From an uncultured Holophagales bacterium (GTDB taxonomy: Bacteria; Acidobacteriota; Thermoanaerobaculia; Multivoradales; UBA5704): DNA of 64,000 bases. The position numbers were made by a program, and so were the translations under genes. The stretch spans positions 256,001 to 320,000 of the forward strand of contig CAWJGT010000025.1 of assembly GCA_963842525.1 (NCBI GenBank). Direction: 5' to 3'. Numbering within the stretch: position 1 is the stretch's first letter; every line of letters starts with the position of its first letter. Shown here piece after piece: positions 37,342 through 47,979 of this stretch. Below the pieces are notes generated by a model that saw only the letters and a list, made by a program, of their open reading frames with translations, did no database searches and was not told the DNA's origin.

Positions 37342-38349
37342 TCAGGGCTGTGAGGTGATCTCCTTCGCCAGCTCCACCGCCGACAGCGGCGCGCTTCCTT
37401 CGGCGTTGTTGTTGATCGTGCAGAGGAAGGGCCGGCCGGCGGCGAGGGCGTCGCGGGCGAGCGCGGCGACGGCGTTGCGGGCGGCGGGGTCCGGAGCCGC
37501 CATCTTGTCGAAGGGGGCGTAGAGGCGGCCGGCGGCCTCGTAGGTCATGTTCGGCGCGAGGAGCCAGCGGATGATCGTCAGCGGCGTGCCCGGACGGTCG
37601 GTGCCGGCGCGCTTGGCCTGCACCCGGATCTCCGGCATCCGCGGGTGGACGTTGTGGCAGTGGCAGGCTCCCACCGCCGCCAGGGCGTCCGCATAGGCCG
37701 GGGTCAGGATCTCGCGGTTGCGCAGCTCCACGGCATAGACCGGACCCTTCGGCAGGGCGCCGAGGAAGGCCTGGAGCTCGTCCGCGAACTTCTCGGGGAC
37801 GCCGAGGTCCTGCGGCGCGATCTGGAAGAGGAGCGCGCCACCCTTCGCCCCCAATCCCTCGACGTAGGGCGCCACGACCTGCTCGGTCGTATAGACCGGA
37901 TCGAAGAAGAGCGGATTCACCTGGCCCCGGTGCTCGCCGTAGCGCGGCCGGTCCGGATAGCGCGCGATCGTGCAGGCCTCGTGCGCCTTGACCAGGAACA
38001 GGAAGCCCTCGGGCACCGCCTCCGCGTACTCGGCGAGGTCGTCCGCCGTGACAGGCGCGTAGTGGGTGCGATCGACCCCCACGCCCCGGAAAAGCGGATG
38101 TTTCGCATAGGCCGCGAGCCCTTCGTGCGCCAGCCGTGATTCGCTGTAGCGCTGGTCGTAGACCAGCCCCGCCCAGCCGGGGAACGACCAGGTCGATCCT
38201 CCCAGATGGATGCTCCGCGGCAACCGCCTCCCCAGGTCCCAGACCTCGCCGGACACCGGCGCCGGCTCCACGGCCGCCGGCTCCAGGTCTTCGGGAGTCA
38301 TCCCTGGGAAGAGCACGAGCTGGTCCTTGGATCCTTTCCGCCGCGCCAT
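37342..38349 (-). CDS. DUF72-family protein
   Basis: LGGSTWSFPGWAG, FLVKAH, LLFQ, YAVELRN, NNNAEGSAP. Confidence 0.88.
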   Translation of the reverse strand: MARRKGSKDQLVLFPGMTPEDLEPAAVEPAPVSGEVWDLGRRLPRSIHLGGSTWSFPGWAGLVYDQRYSESRLAHEGLAAYAKHPLFRGVGVDRTHYAPVTADDLAEYAEAVPEGFLFLVKAHEACTIARYPDRPRYGEHRGQVNPLFFDPVYTTEQVVAPYVEGLGAKGGALLFQIAPQDLGVPEKFADELQAFLGALPKGPVYAVELRNREILTPAYADALAAVGACHCHNVHPRMPEIRVQAKRAGTDRPGTPLTIIRWLLAPNMTYEAAGRLYAPFDKMAAPDPAARNAVAALARDALAAGRPFLCTINNNAEGSAPLSAVELAKEITSQP

Positions 38350-38636
38350 GGCACAAGTCTATTCCCGGAACAGGGATGCGCGCTACACCTCCAGCCGGAA
38401 AAAATGCCGCCCGCGGGCCACAGCCATCCCACCTCAGCCGCTTGGATGCGATTCAAGGAACCGCATCGTCTCCGTGCCGGCGCGGAATTCAGTTTTCCGG
38501 ACGCCCCTGAAGAGGTCTCTCGGGAGCCGGCGGCAGGACGTTTCAAATTTCCGGAGCTGCACGCACGAACAATTGAACGATTTCGATCCATTCTCCTGGA
38601 TCGACCGTTCACCCTGCGGAGTTGGCATAAGGATCA

Positions 38637-38695
38637 CAAGTCATTGATTTTCTTGGGTCAACTATGGTTTCCCGACCCATGGCACATCGCTTGCG
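38637..38695 (+). promoter_or_regulatory. IHF site and sigma54 (-24/-12) promoter
   Basis: TGGCAC-ATCGC-TTGC at 38680-38694; reverse complement of 38637-38649 is AATCAATGACTTG (WATCAANNNNTTR). Confidence 0.65.
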
Positions 38696-38768
38696 CTGAC
38701 CGGGCACATGGTTTGTTGCATGTTTTTGATTTGCAAGAGAGGGCGTAACGCGTAAGGAGACACATCCG

Positions 38769-41715
38769 ATGAGTAGAAACAGGTTGTGGCAGATCGTCCT
38801 CGCGCTCGCCTTGCTCCTTGGTTCTCTTGGAGGACCGGCGACGGCTCAACTGCAGACAGGAACCCTTTTTGGGACCGTTTCAGGACCGGATGGCGCGCCC
38901 ATTCCCGCGGTCAGAGTGACCCTCTCCGGCAGTGGAGCGCCTCAGGCCCAGGTGGCCGATGACCGCGGGAAGTTCCGGTTCCCGGGGCTTCCTCCCGGCA
39001 GCTACACAGTGGAGGCGCAGCCCGATGGTTTCACCCCGGTAAGATATCCGAACGTGATCGTCAGCGTAGGGCGCAACACTGAGATCGAGCTCACCCTCAC
39101 GCCGACACCGAACTTCACCGAAGTCGTGACGATCACGACCGAGCCTCCTCTGCTCGACACGCGCCGGATCTCGACGGGCAACGCCGTGTCCCAGACGGAG
39201 CTCGAGAAGATTCCCACCACTCGCGACCCGTGGGCCATCCTGCAGTCGACCCCGGGCGTGCTGGTCGACCGCGTCAACGTCGGCGGCAATGAGAGCGGTC
39301 AGCAGTCGCAGTACGTGGGGCCCGGCTCGAGCGGCGCCCAGGCCGTCTGGTCTCTCGACGGCGTGGTGATCACCGACATGTCGGCGACCGGCTCCTCGCC
39401 CGGCTATTTCGATTTCGACGCCTTCGAGGAGATGCAGGTGACGACGGGCGGCAGCGACGCCACGATCGCCACCGGCGGCGTCGTGCTCAACATGGTCACC
39501 CGGCGGGGCACCAACGAGTGGCGGGGCTCGGGCCGCTACTACGTCTCTGACCAGGACCTGCAGTCGGATCTCGAATTCGACGAGAATCGAGCTCGGCCAG
39601 GCCGGGCCCTGGAACCGCGGCACCGCGCAGACCGAGTTCAAGCAGGGCAACCGGATCGTCGAGGTCCGGGACTATGGCGTCGAGGCCGGTGGTCCGATTG
39701 TCCGCGACCGGCTCTGGTTCTGGGGCTCCTATGCCAAGCCGGAGATCGACCTCCTGACCATCAACGATTTCAGCGACAAGACCACTCTCGAAAGCTGGAA
39801 CGGCAAGATCACCGCGCAGATCTCATCGCACAACTCGGCCACTTTGTTCGCCTGGGACAGCGACAAGGTGAAGATCGGCCGTGATGCCGGTCCCCTGCGG
39901 CCGCAGGAGACCACCTTCAACCAGTCGGCTTTCGGCGACAAGCCGACCGCCTACAAGGTGGAGGACACCCATCTCTTCGGGTCGAGCTTCTACCTGTCAG
40001 GCATGTACTCGGTCGTCAACGGAGGATTCCAGCTCGAGCCGCAGGGCGGAGACAAGGTCCCCTATCTGGACTCGAATTTCAAGTGGAACAACAGCTTCTT
40101 CCTCTTCCAGATCGAGCGGCCGCAGGAGCAGCTCAAGGCGGACGCCGCCAGCTTCTTCAACACCGGCGGCTTGAGCCACGAGCTGAAGTACGGCGCCGGC
40201 TACCGGGTGGTGGAGCAGAGCTCGCTGGCCCACACCCCGGGAGGCGGCTGGGAGTTTGACGGCATCCTGCTGCTCGCCCGCGACGGCGTCACCAATTTCG
40301 AGGTCGACTATACCGACCTTTACATCCAGGACACGGTGGCGGCCGGCTCGTTCACGGCCAACATCGGTCTGCGCTATGACATCCAGGGCGGCCAGATCCG
40401 CGACACGGTCGTGGGCGCCAACCAGGCCTTCCCCGAGCTCCTGCCGGAGGCCCGTTTCGAGGGCCGCGACGCCGGCTTCGAGTGGAAGACCCTGGCGCCC
40501 CGGCTGGGCCTGACCTATGCCCTGGGCGAGCAGAAGAACACCCTCCTGCGCGCCAGCTATTCGCGCTTCGCGGACCAGCTCGCCTCCGGCTTCATCGGCT
40601 TCCTCAACCCCCTCGCCGGTCAGCAGTACCGGTATTTCCTCACCTCCAACAACGGCGGTCCGACTCTCGAGCCCGGCGAGCTGGGCCCCGAGATCGCGTC
40701 GCCGAGCGGGAACATCCACCCGGTCACGCTGCAGGCGCTGCAGTCGAACGCAATCGACTCCGACCTCCGCGCGCCCGTCACCGACGAGCTGCTGATCGGC
40801 GTCGAGCATGCGCTGCGTCCGGAGCTCGTGGTCGGCTTCAACGTCAACTACCGCCGGTACCACGACCTGCTGGAAGCCGAGCTGTTGGTCTTCGATGACG
40901 ACGATCCGTACTCTGCCGAAAACCTGAATCGTGTCGGCCGTGCGCACCGGCACGACGACTACGTCGCCGCCGAGACCCCTCTGACGGGCGTGCTGCCCAA
41001 CGGCGAGACCTACTCCATCCCGTACTACGAGCTGCGGCCGGGGCTCTCCACGCGCAACGGCTTCCTGCTGGAGAACGGAGACCGCGAGCAGGAGTTCAAA
41101 GGCGCGTCGTTCACCTTCACCAAGCGCCTCTCCAACCGCTGGATGATGCGCGGCAACCTCTCCTGGCAGGACTGGACGTGGGACATCCCCGACAGCGAGA
41201 ACGAGGACCCGACCGACACCATCGGCGGCGGCATCGTCGACGGTACCGAGGTCATGCAGGGCTCCGGCGTGGTCTCCGGCTCCAAGGGGAACGTGTTCAT
41301 CAACAGCGGGTGGTCGTACAACCTGAACGGTCTGTACCAGATCGCTCCCAGCCGGCCCTGGGGTTTCAACGTCGCCGCCAACCTGACCGGCCGTGAGGGT
41401 TATCCCCTTCGCTATGCCCGCCGCACCTCGCGGGAGACGCTCGCCGACACGCCGGGAATCGGCATCGACATCCCGGCCGCGACCGATCCGGACGCCTTCC
41501 GGTATGAGGACACCCACATCCTCGACTTCCGGGTGGAGAAGGAGCTCCACTTCAGCGACTTCGGGCTCACCGTGGGCGCCGACGTCTTCAACGTCTTCAA
41601 CCAGTCCTACGTGTTGCAGCGGCAGGGCCTCCTGAACGGGGGCAACTCGGACCACGTGCTGGAGATCCTCAACCCGCGCATCGTCCGCCTCGGAGCCCGG
41701 TTCAGCTTCCGCTGA
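38769..41715 (+). CDS. TonB-dependent receptor (Oar-like) with carboxypeptidase-regulatory N-domain; frameshift at about 39585
   Basis: Signal peptide, plug RDPWAILQSTPGV, barrel ending RLGARFSFR; removing one A at 39585-39586 joins the two ORFs. Confidence 0.88.
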
Positions 41716-41750
41716 GCCGGCGCTGATCCCGCCTACGACCCTCCACCCAA

Positions 41751-41777
41751 GCCGCCGGGGGCCCAACCCCCGGCGGT
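41751..41777 (+). terminator. Hairpin terminator
   Basis: GCCGCCGGGGG-CCCAA-CCCCCGGCGGT followed by pyrimidines. Confidence 0.6.
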
Positions 41778-41837
41778 CCCTTCCGGTTCTTTCCGCACGG
41801 GCTGGACCGCCCGGAAGTCTTCCTTTAGATTGAGGCC

Positions 41838-43778
41838 TTGCGCCGCCTCCTCCGCGATCCCCGCTTCCTGGCACTCGCCCTCCTCTGCCTGCTCCACGTC
41901 GCCTGGCTCGCGGCGTACCTCGTCTATCCGGACCTCAACCTGGACTATCCCTTCCTCGACGGGGATTCCCCCGAGTGGATCTCCAACGGCCTGCGCCTGG
42001 CGGGTGAGGACGTCCATTACACCGGCCGGTCGCCGCTGCTCCCGCTGGCGATCGCCCTGCTCGAGCGCTGCGGCGCGCTGTCCTGGCTGCCGGTACTCCT
42101 CGCGGTCCTGTTCCATGGCACGGTGCTGGCCTTCTACGGCCTGGCAGCGCGCCTCGCTCCGCCGTGGGCGGCGTTCGCGGTCGCGCTCTCGCTGCTGGCC
42201 AGCCACTCCCTCCAGGGGCTCGCGTCGCAGGTCATGGCCGATGTGCCGGCCTCCTGCCTGCTGTTCCTGAGCGCCCGCGCCTTCGTGCTCGCCGGCGAAC
42301 CTGGCGAACCCGGAAGACATTCGTGGCGTTATCTGCTCAGCGGGTTGCTGGCCGGTCTCTCCTACCTCGCCCAGTCGGCGGCTCTTTTCTGGGCGCCAGC
42401 CGCGGTGGTCACGGTCCTTTGGAGCCGCCGGCGGGACCTGCGCTCGCCGTTCTTCTACGCGGGGCTCGCCCTGTTCGCCGGTCTGCCGGTGCTGTGGCAA
42501 TCTGCGCAGCTCGCCTTCGTGGGCACCGAAGGCAATCTGCCGGCCCGCCAGTGGGAGCTCCTGCGGCTCCACGCCGACTCCGTGCCGTTCTATCTCTGGA
42601 GCCTCGTCTCGGTCCTCGGGCTGCCGGCCTGCCTGCTCCTCGTCCCGGCGGTCGTCGGGGCAGTCCGCCGTGCGCTGGCGCGGAGCGCCCCGGACCTCTT
42701 CAGCCTGGCGCTCCTGGCCGGGCTCCTGGGTTTCTTCGTCTTCCTCTACGACTTCAACGCCAAGCGTTTCTTGGCCTATGTCGTCTGGCCGGCTGGCCTG
42801 CTGCTGGCGCAGGCCCTGGCGCGGCTGCCCAGGCGGATCGCTCCCTGGGTGGCCGGGCTGGTGGTGATCGGCTCGGCGCTTCCGCTGCCCGGCACCGGCA
42901 ACGATCCGTTCTGGGTGGGACTGTGGCCCCTGCCCCCCGTCTATGCGCGCGCAGACTTCCAGGCCTCGCCGTCGGGCAGCCCCATCCTCGTCCCCGGCGC
43001 CATCCGGCTCGAAACCCATCCGGTCGCGAGCCTGGGCCGATTCTGCCAGCCCTGCCGGGTGCTGGCGGCGCGCGCCGCCTGGAGACGGCAGCCGCGGGTC
43101 GCACGGCCCGACCCAGCGCTCTATGCGTCCGACCGGTCCGCGCTCTTCCTCTACGAGCGGGAAAGCGACGGCGGGGGGCGCCACCGGACCGCCTCGCGGC
43201 TCTCGAATGCCCTGCGCCGGCGGGTGAAGTTCCTGCCGGCCGACCACTTCGAGGCCTACTGGCCCCTCTTGGAGATCTCTGCCTCCGGGGTGTTCATTCC
43301 GGACTACGCTGTCTATCGCACCCGCCTGCCGGGGCTCGACAAGACCTGGCTGCTGGTCGCACCCTTCGGCAGTCGTCTCCAGGGCCGCCTGGACAGTCTC
43401 GCGGCGTCTCCGGAGACGGGCCGGATTCCGGGCTCTCCAGGGCTTCTCGAAGCGCCCCGCAAGGCGGACGAGATCCTCCGCTTCCTGGTGGACAGCGACG
43501 CCTATCTGGTGATCGTCCCCTTCCGGCAGCGGGCCGACCTGTCGCAGCTCTACCTGCCGTTCCTGGCCGAGAGCACGGAGATGATCTTGAGCGATCAAGG
43601 GAAGGAGAGAGAGCTGCTCGGCCTTGCCACCGCCCTTCCCGTCCTTGCGGAGAGGCGCTTCGGGACCACGCAGGTGAAGAAGATCCGGCTCTTCGGCCGC
43701 GACGCCGGGCTGGTGTCCTATCTGCCGGAGAGTGCGGTCACTCCGCCGACCGATCGAGGACGTCGACCACCGTCTTGA
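41838..43778 (+). CDS. GT-C (PMT/ArnT-like) membrane glycosyltransferase-like protein
   Basis: N-terminal TM then PFLDGDSPEW, multiple TMs, KRFLAY; start uncertain. Confidence 0.6.
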   Translation: MRRLLRDPRFLALALLCLLHVAWLAAYLVYPDLNLDYPFLDGDSPEWISNGLRLAGEDVHYTGRSPLLPLAIALLERCGALSWLPVLLAVLFHGTVLAFYGLAARLAPPWAAFAVALSLLASHSLQGLASQVMADVPASCLLFLSARAFVLAGEPGEPGRHSWRYLLSGLLAGLSYLAQSAALFWAPAAVVTVLWSRRRDLRSPFFYAGLALFAGLPVLWQSAQLAFVGTEGNLPARQWELLRLHADSVPFYLWSLVSVLGLPACLLLVPAVVGAVRRALARSAPDLFSLALLAGLLGFFVFLYDFNAKRFLAYVVWPAGLLLAQALARLPRRIAPWVAGLVVIGSALPLPGTGNDPFWVGLWPLPPVYARADFQASPSGSPILVPGAIRLETHPVASLGRFCQPCRVLAARAAWRRQPRVARPDPALYASDRSALFLYERESDGGGRHRTASRLSNALRRRVKFLPADHFEAYWPLLEISASGVFIPDYAVYRTRLPGLDKTWLLVAPFGSRLQGRLDSLAASPETGRIPGSPGLLEAPRKADEILRFLVDSDAYLVIVPFRQRADLSQLYLPFLAESTEMILSDQGKERELLGLATALPVLAERRFGTTQVKKIRLFGRDAGLVSYLPESAVTPPTDRGRRPPS

Positions 43779-44229
43779 GCGTGAGGAACAGGGTCCCGCT
43801 CTCCTCTTCGGAAAATTCAGCCGCCTCCGGATCATCCCTCTCTTCAGCCGCCTCCTCCATGGCTTCCAGCACATAGCGAAGCACGTGCGGCTGATTCGAG
43901 GAGACCTCGACCGCCACGCCCTCGAGGGTCTCGTCGTCCGATTCCAGATGCTGCTCGAGAAGGTCCGAATTCGCCTCGAGCTGCTCCTCGAGCATCTCAC
44001 CCGAGACCTGGCGGACCGTGCCGGCCTTTTCGAACATCCGGTGCACGACGAACAGGAGGTAGATCGCCATCTCCTGGGCTTCTTCGGAGAGGTCCTCCAC
44101 CATCCCGGCGGCGAATGCGAGGAGATACGGTTGCTGCTTGCCGAAGCGCGTCATCTCCTTGCGGGCCCGCGATTCGGAGTACTGCGCGACTTCCTGCCAG
44201 GTCTCGGTGACCAGCTCTTCGGACAGCAT
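43738..44229 (-). CDS. Acidic hypothetical protein
   Basis: AGGAG RBS; MLSEELVTETWQEV...QPYLLAF...QPHVLRYV. Confidence 0.75.
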   Translation of the reverse strand: MLSEELVTETWQEVAQYSESRARKEMTRFGKQQPYLLAFAAGMVEDLSEEAQEMAIYLLFVVHRMFEKAGTVRQVSGEMLEEQLEANSDLLEQHLESDDETLEGVAVEVSSNQPHVLRYVLEAMEEAAEERDDPEAAEFSEEESGTLFLTLKTVVDVLDRSAE

Positions 44230-44251
44230 TCGGATCTCCTCTTGAAACGGC

Positions 44252-44452
44252 CTACCCGGCCCGCTCGATCCGCACGTCCGGATCGCCATACGAGTCGCGG
44301 GTGACGGTGACCTCCCACGGGTTGCAGCAGACCTCGCAGTCCTGGACGAAATTGCCCCAGACATCGGGCTCGATCGAGATCTCGACCCGTTCGCCGCACC
44401 AGGGGCACTGCACCTCGATCGCGTCGTTCCAGTAGCCGTCGCCGCTCATCAT
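44252..44452 (-). CDS. CPXCG-motif cysteine-rich protein
   Basis: QCPWCGE ... QDCEVCCNPW. Confidence 0.88.
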   Translation of the reverse strand: MMSGDGYWNDAIEVQCPWCGERVEISIEPDVWGNFVQDCEVCCNPWEVTVTRDSYGDPDVRIERAG

Positions 44453-44925
44453 CCGCCCTTCCGCCCGAGCCGCCGCACGATCTCATGCTCCTGCTTCGTC
44501 ACCGGCTGGACCGAGAGGCGCGAACCCTTCTGGGTCACCACCATCTTCTCCAGGCCGGGCGTCTCCTTGAGGGTCGAGAGCGGCACGATCCCGGGGAACT
44601 TCTCGACGAAGCGGATCTCGACTGTAACCCAGGTCGGATTGGCTGGATCGCTCTTGGGATCGTAGTACACGTGGCCCTTTTGGAAGGCGAAGGGGTCGGG
44701 GTAGGCTTCCCGCGACACCTCGGCGAGGCCGGTCACCCCCGAAGGCTCGGCGTTCGAGGCATAGAAGAGCACGCCGTCGCCCTTCTTCATGTCGTCGCGC
44801 AGGAAGTTGCGCGCCTGGAAGTTGCGCACCCCCTCCCACGTCGTTGAGCCGTCGCGCTCCAGATCCTCGATCGTGTAGGCCTCCGGCTCGCACTTCATCA
44901 GCCAATACCGCTTGGCTCGCGCCAT
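44449..44925 (-). CDS. EVE domain protein
   Basis: YWLMKCEP, WEGVRNFQARN, LFYAS, SRLSVQPV. Confidence 0.93.
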   Translation of the reverse strand: MARAKRYWLMKCEPEAYTIEDLERDGSTTWEGVRNFQARNFLRDDMKKGDGVLFYASNAEPSGVTGLAEVSREAYPDPFAFQKGHVYYDPKSDPANPTWVTVEIRFVEKFPGIVPLSTLKETPGLEKMVVTQKGSRLSVQPVTKQEHEIVRRLGRKGG

Positions 44926-45063
44926 CCCGTCCTCCCGGAATCCGTCCACGGACCGGTCCGCAGACCCGCGCATGATATCGCGCCCGGAGATGACCGGGGC
45001 TGCTGGGGATGCTGCAGGGAGCTGAAGGGTAGAATCCGGTTGATTCTGCCAGCCAAGCTTCCC

Positions 45064-46191
45064 ATGCCCAAGCCCGATCCCACTCCGCCACTGCCCTGGC
45101 AGCCCCGCTACACCCTCTCCCCAGCCATCATGCGTGCGCTGCTGGAGGTCGAGGCTGCCCGTGCGGTGATCGAGCACACGCCGATTCCGCCGGCAGCCCG
45201 GGAAGAGCTGCGCCGCCGAGCCCGGCTGCGCTCCACCCACTACTCGACCCGCATCGAGGGCAACCGGCTCACCCTGGCTGAAGCCGAGGAGGTCATTGAA
45301 GGCCGGCGAGCCCGGTTTCTCGGCCGAGAGCGGGATGTGGGCGAGGTGAAGAACTACTGGACCGCCCTCTTGCGAGTGGAAGAATGGGCGGCCCGGAGAA
45401 TACCGCTCAGCGAAGAGCTGATCCAGCGCCTCCACGGGCTCGTCGAGCGCGGAACGCGGGCCAGACCGAGCCGCTATCGGGATGGGCAGAACTCGATCAG
45501 GGATGAGACCGGTGCGCTCGTCTACCTGCCGCCGGAGGCTCGGGACGTGCCGGGCCTGATGGCCGGCTTGGAGGATTGGGTGAGGCGGGCCGGGGAGGAG
45601 GATCTGCCCGTCCCGATCCTGGCGGGCCTGGCTCATTACCAGCTCGTCACTATTCATCCCTACTACGACGGCAATGGACGGACTGCCCGACTGCTGGCTA
45701 CCTTCCTCCTGCACCGGGGAGGCTACGGCCTCCAGGGCTTCTTCTCTCTGGAGGAGCACCATGCCCGGGACCTCGCCGCCTACTATCGGTCTCTCGCGAC
45801 CCATCCTCACCACAATTACTATGAGGGACGCGCCTCCGCGGACCTGACTCCCTGGCTACAATACTTCCTTCAGACCCTTGCGGGAGTCTTCACAAACGCG
45901 AGAGAGGAAGCCTTGCGGGCCGCCGAGAAAGGAAAGGCCGTCGAGCCCGAGGCGTTGCGCCGCCTCGATGCACGGGCCCGGGTGGTGCTCGGGCTGTTCG
46001 GGCGTTCCGAGCGGATCACGAGCCGCGACGTCGCAGCGGCTCTGGGGCTCTCAGACCGCATGGCTCGGGAGCTTCTGCGAGACTGGGTTGGCGAAGGCTG
46101 GCTCGAAATGGCCGAGCCCTCGCGGCGGGGGCGCGCCTACGCGTTATCGGCGGTTTATCGGCAATTCATCGGCAATTTAACGGCAGAGTAG
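45064..46191 (+). CDS. Fic-family protein with C-terminal wHTH
   Basis: STRIEGN; Fic motif HPYYDGNGRTAR. Confidence 0.93.
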   Translation: MPKPDPTPPLPWQPRYTLSPAIMRALLEVEAARAVIEHTPIPPAAREELRRRARLRSTHYSTRIEGNRLTLAEAEEVIEGRRARFLGRERDVGEVKNYWTALLRVEEWAARRIPLSEELIQRLHGLVERGTRARPSRYRDGQNSIRDETGALVYLPPEARDVPGLMAGLEDWVRRAGEEDLPVPILAGLAHYQLVTIHPYYDGNGRTARLLATFLLHRGGYGLQGFFSLEEHHARDLAAYYRSLATHPHHNYYEGRASADLTPWLQYFLQTLAGVFTNAREEALRAAEKGKAVEPEALRRLDARARVVLGLFGRSERITSRDVAAALGLSDRMARELLRDWVGEGWLEMAEPSRRGRAYALSAVYRQFIGNLTAE

Positions 46192-46236
46192 AGGCACGCC
46201 ACATCGGGAGCGGCGGGCATAGATGGCAGGGGAGGT

Positions 46237-47307
46237 TTAGCGCGAACCTTCCGGAGCTTGCATCTGGAGGTAGAACCCCGCGGCGGCGAGCCGGTCGAGG
46301 AGCGGCCGGGCGCCAAGGGCTTCCCAGGCGGTGAGAAAGCCGCGGGCTGCGATCCTGCCCTCCCGGAGGTCCCGGGCCACGAAGGCGGCCGGCAGGGCGG
46401 CCATGCGCTGGCCCTCCTGTGGGCCGCCGAGCGATGCGGTGGCGCGCCGGCCGTCGCCGTCCCAGAGCTCGACCTGCACGCACCCGCCGGAATGGCCGAA
46501 GTGGGAGAAGAGGCCGGCGGCCCGGCCTAGGACGGAGGCCGCCCGGGATCCCAGGTCCGGCCCGAGATACGACAGCGCCACGAAGGAGGTCGTGGCCAGC
46601 CGCGATTCGAACCCCACCTTCACCCGTACCTCGCGAGCGCCGAGGAGATCCGGGAAGAGATCGTATTCCGGGCTGTCGAGGTTGAGCACGGCCCGGCGTC
46701 CGAACGGAGGCGGCAGGCTCACGACCTCCCGGCCACGGAGCCCGATGAGCGTCCCCTGGGGAGCCCGGAACCGCCGGCCAAGCTGCGACGAGGCCGAGGC
46801 CACGGCTGCCTGCCCCTTCGGGTTGGCGTTGCCGATGAACAGGGTGACCCGTGCCCGCTCGACCCGGGGCAGGCCCTCGGCCGCGACGAGCGCCAGGGCG
46901 CCGGAGATTCCAGGCAAAGACGAGCAGCCGCAGGCCGCAGCGAGGCCCCGCGTCCGGAAGCGCTTTCCCAGACCCTGCAGCCGCGCCAGCCAGGCGCGGT
47001 CATCCGCGATGTCGACGTAGTGGACGCCTGCGGCGAGGCAGGCTTCCGGCAGAGCGAGCCCCATCCGGTCCGCACGGAAGGGACCAATGCAGGAAACTGC
47101 GACCTGCGCTCCGGCGAGCGCCGCCGCGCACGAGGCCGGATCGGAAGCGTCGGCCGCGATCCCCTCGTGCCCTGGACCCAGATCAGATGCGAATCGGGCC
47201 GCCCGTCCCGCATCCCGGCCGGCGATCCGCAGCCGCAGCCCATCCGCCGCGAGGGCCCGCGCCACGAGGGAACCGAAGGTGCCATAGCCGCCGAAGACGA
47301 CGATCAC
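46237..47307 (-). CDS. Saccharopine dehydrogenase-like NAD(P)-binding protein
   Basis: IVVFGGYGTFG, IAGRD, IGPF, HYVDIAD, GCSSLPGIS; GTGA overlap. Confidence 0.85.
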   Translation of the reverse strand: MIVVFGGYGTFGSLVARALAADGLRLRIAGRDAGRAARFASDLGPGHEGIAADASDPASCAAALAGAQVAVSCIGPFRADRMGLALPEACLAAGVHYVDIADDRAWLARLQGLGKRFRTRGLAAACGCSSLPGISGALALVAAEGLPRVERARVTLFIGNANPKGQAAVASASSQLGRRFRAPQGTLIGLRGREVVSLPPPFGRRAVLNLDSPEYDLFPDLLGAREVRVKVGFESRLATTSFVALSYLGPDLGSRAASVLGRAAGLFSHFGHSGGCVQVELWDGDGRRATASLGGPQEGQRMAALPAAFVARDLREGRIAARGFLTAWEALGARPLLDRLAAAGFYLQMQAPEGSR

Positions 47308-47945
47308 GACCGCAGGTCCCGCGCCACGAGCACGGTCCACAGGCTGTACAAGACGATGGTCGGCCCGGTGGCCGCCGCCAGCAGCCACGGGGACGGCAGC
47401 AGGCCCGCCACGGCCATGGCGTATCCGGCGATCACCGTTCCGAAACCGGCCCAGCGTGCCGCAGCACCGATCTGGCTCCGGAGACGTAAGGTCATCAGAA
47501 GGATGCCGGTCGTGTAGAGGCCGTTTGCGACTGTGGCACCGCCGGTAAAGGCCAGACCCTCCAGGTAGCGGAAGACGCCGATCTCGGGCGAGCCGGCGGC
47601 CCGTGGCAGGTAGACGATCTGGACCAGATCGCACAGCAGGTCCACGGGCATCCCGGTCGCGGTGAGGAGGACGGCCAGCGAGGCGGTGACGGAGCGGCCG
47701 GGGATCTGCGTCCGCAGCACGACCATGTAGGCGACCAGCAGGAGCGAGCAGACGATCCAGGTCGCCCAGCCCCACGTCCAGCCCGCCGGACGGCCGGCGA
47801 GGTACGCCATGCGCTCGGCAAGCGGCACGAGCGCGCTGCCCGGCCGCATGCCGATCCAGGCGAGAACCAGACCGGCAGCGTGCAGAACGACGTTGGCCCA
47901 GGCGAGGACCCATAAAGCGCGGACGGTTACGGTACGCGGCGACAC
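47304..47945 (-). CDS. Hypothetical multi-TM membrane protein
   Basis: About 6 hydrophobic helices; coupled to the downstream gene. Confidence 0.7.
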   Translation of the reverse strand: MSPRTVTVRALWVLAWANVVLHAAGLVLAWIGMRPGSALVPLAERMAYLAGRPAGWTWGWATWIVCSLLLVAYMVVLRTQIPGRSVTASLAVLLTATGMPVDLLCDLVQIVYLPRAAGSPEIGVFRYLEGLAFTGGATVANGLYTTGILLMTLRLRSQIGAAARWAGFGTVIAGYAMAVAGLLPSPWLLAAATGPTIVLYSLWTVLVARDLRS

Positions 47946-47979
47946 GGTGACGCGAGTCTATGACACTTCAGCCTACCAG

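Noticed and set aside
44926-45813. N-terminal extension of the EVE ORF
   Set aside because: It is antisense to the Fic gene; the EVE domain starts at 44925
47308-47913. N-terminal extension of the saccharopine dehydrogenase-like ORF
   Set aside because: It overlaps the upstream membrane gene in another frame; the Rossmann motif begins at 47307
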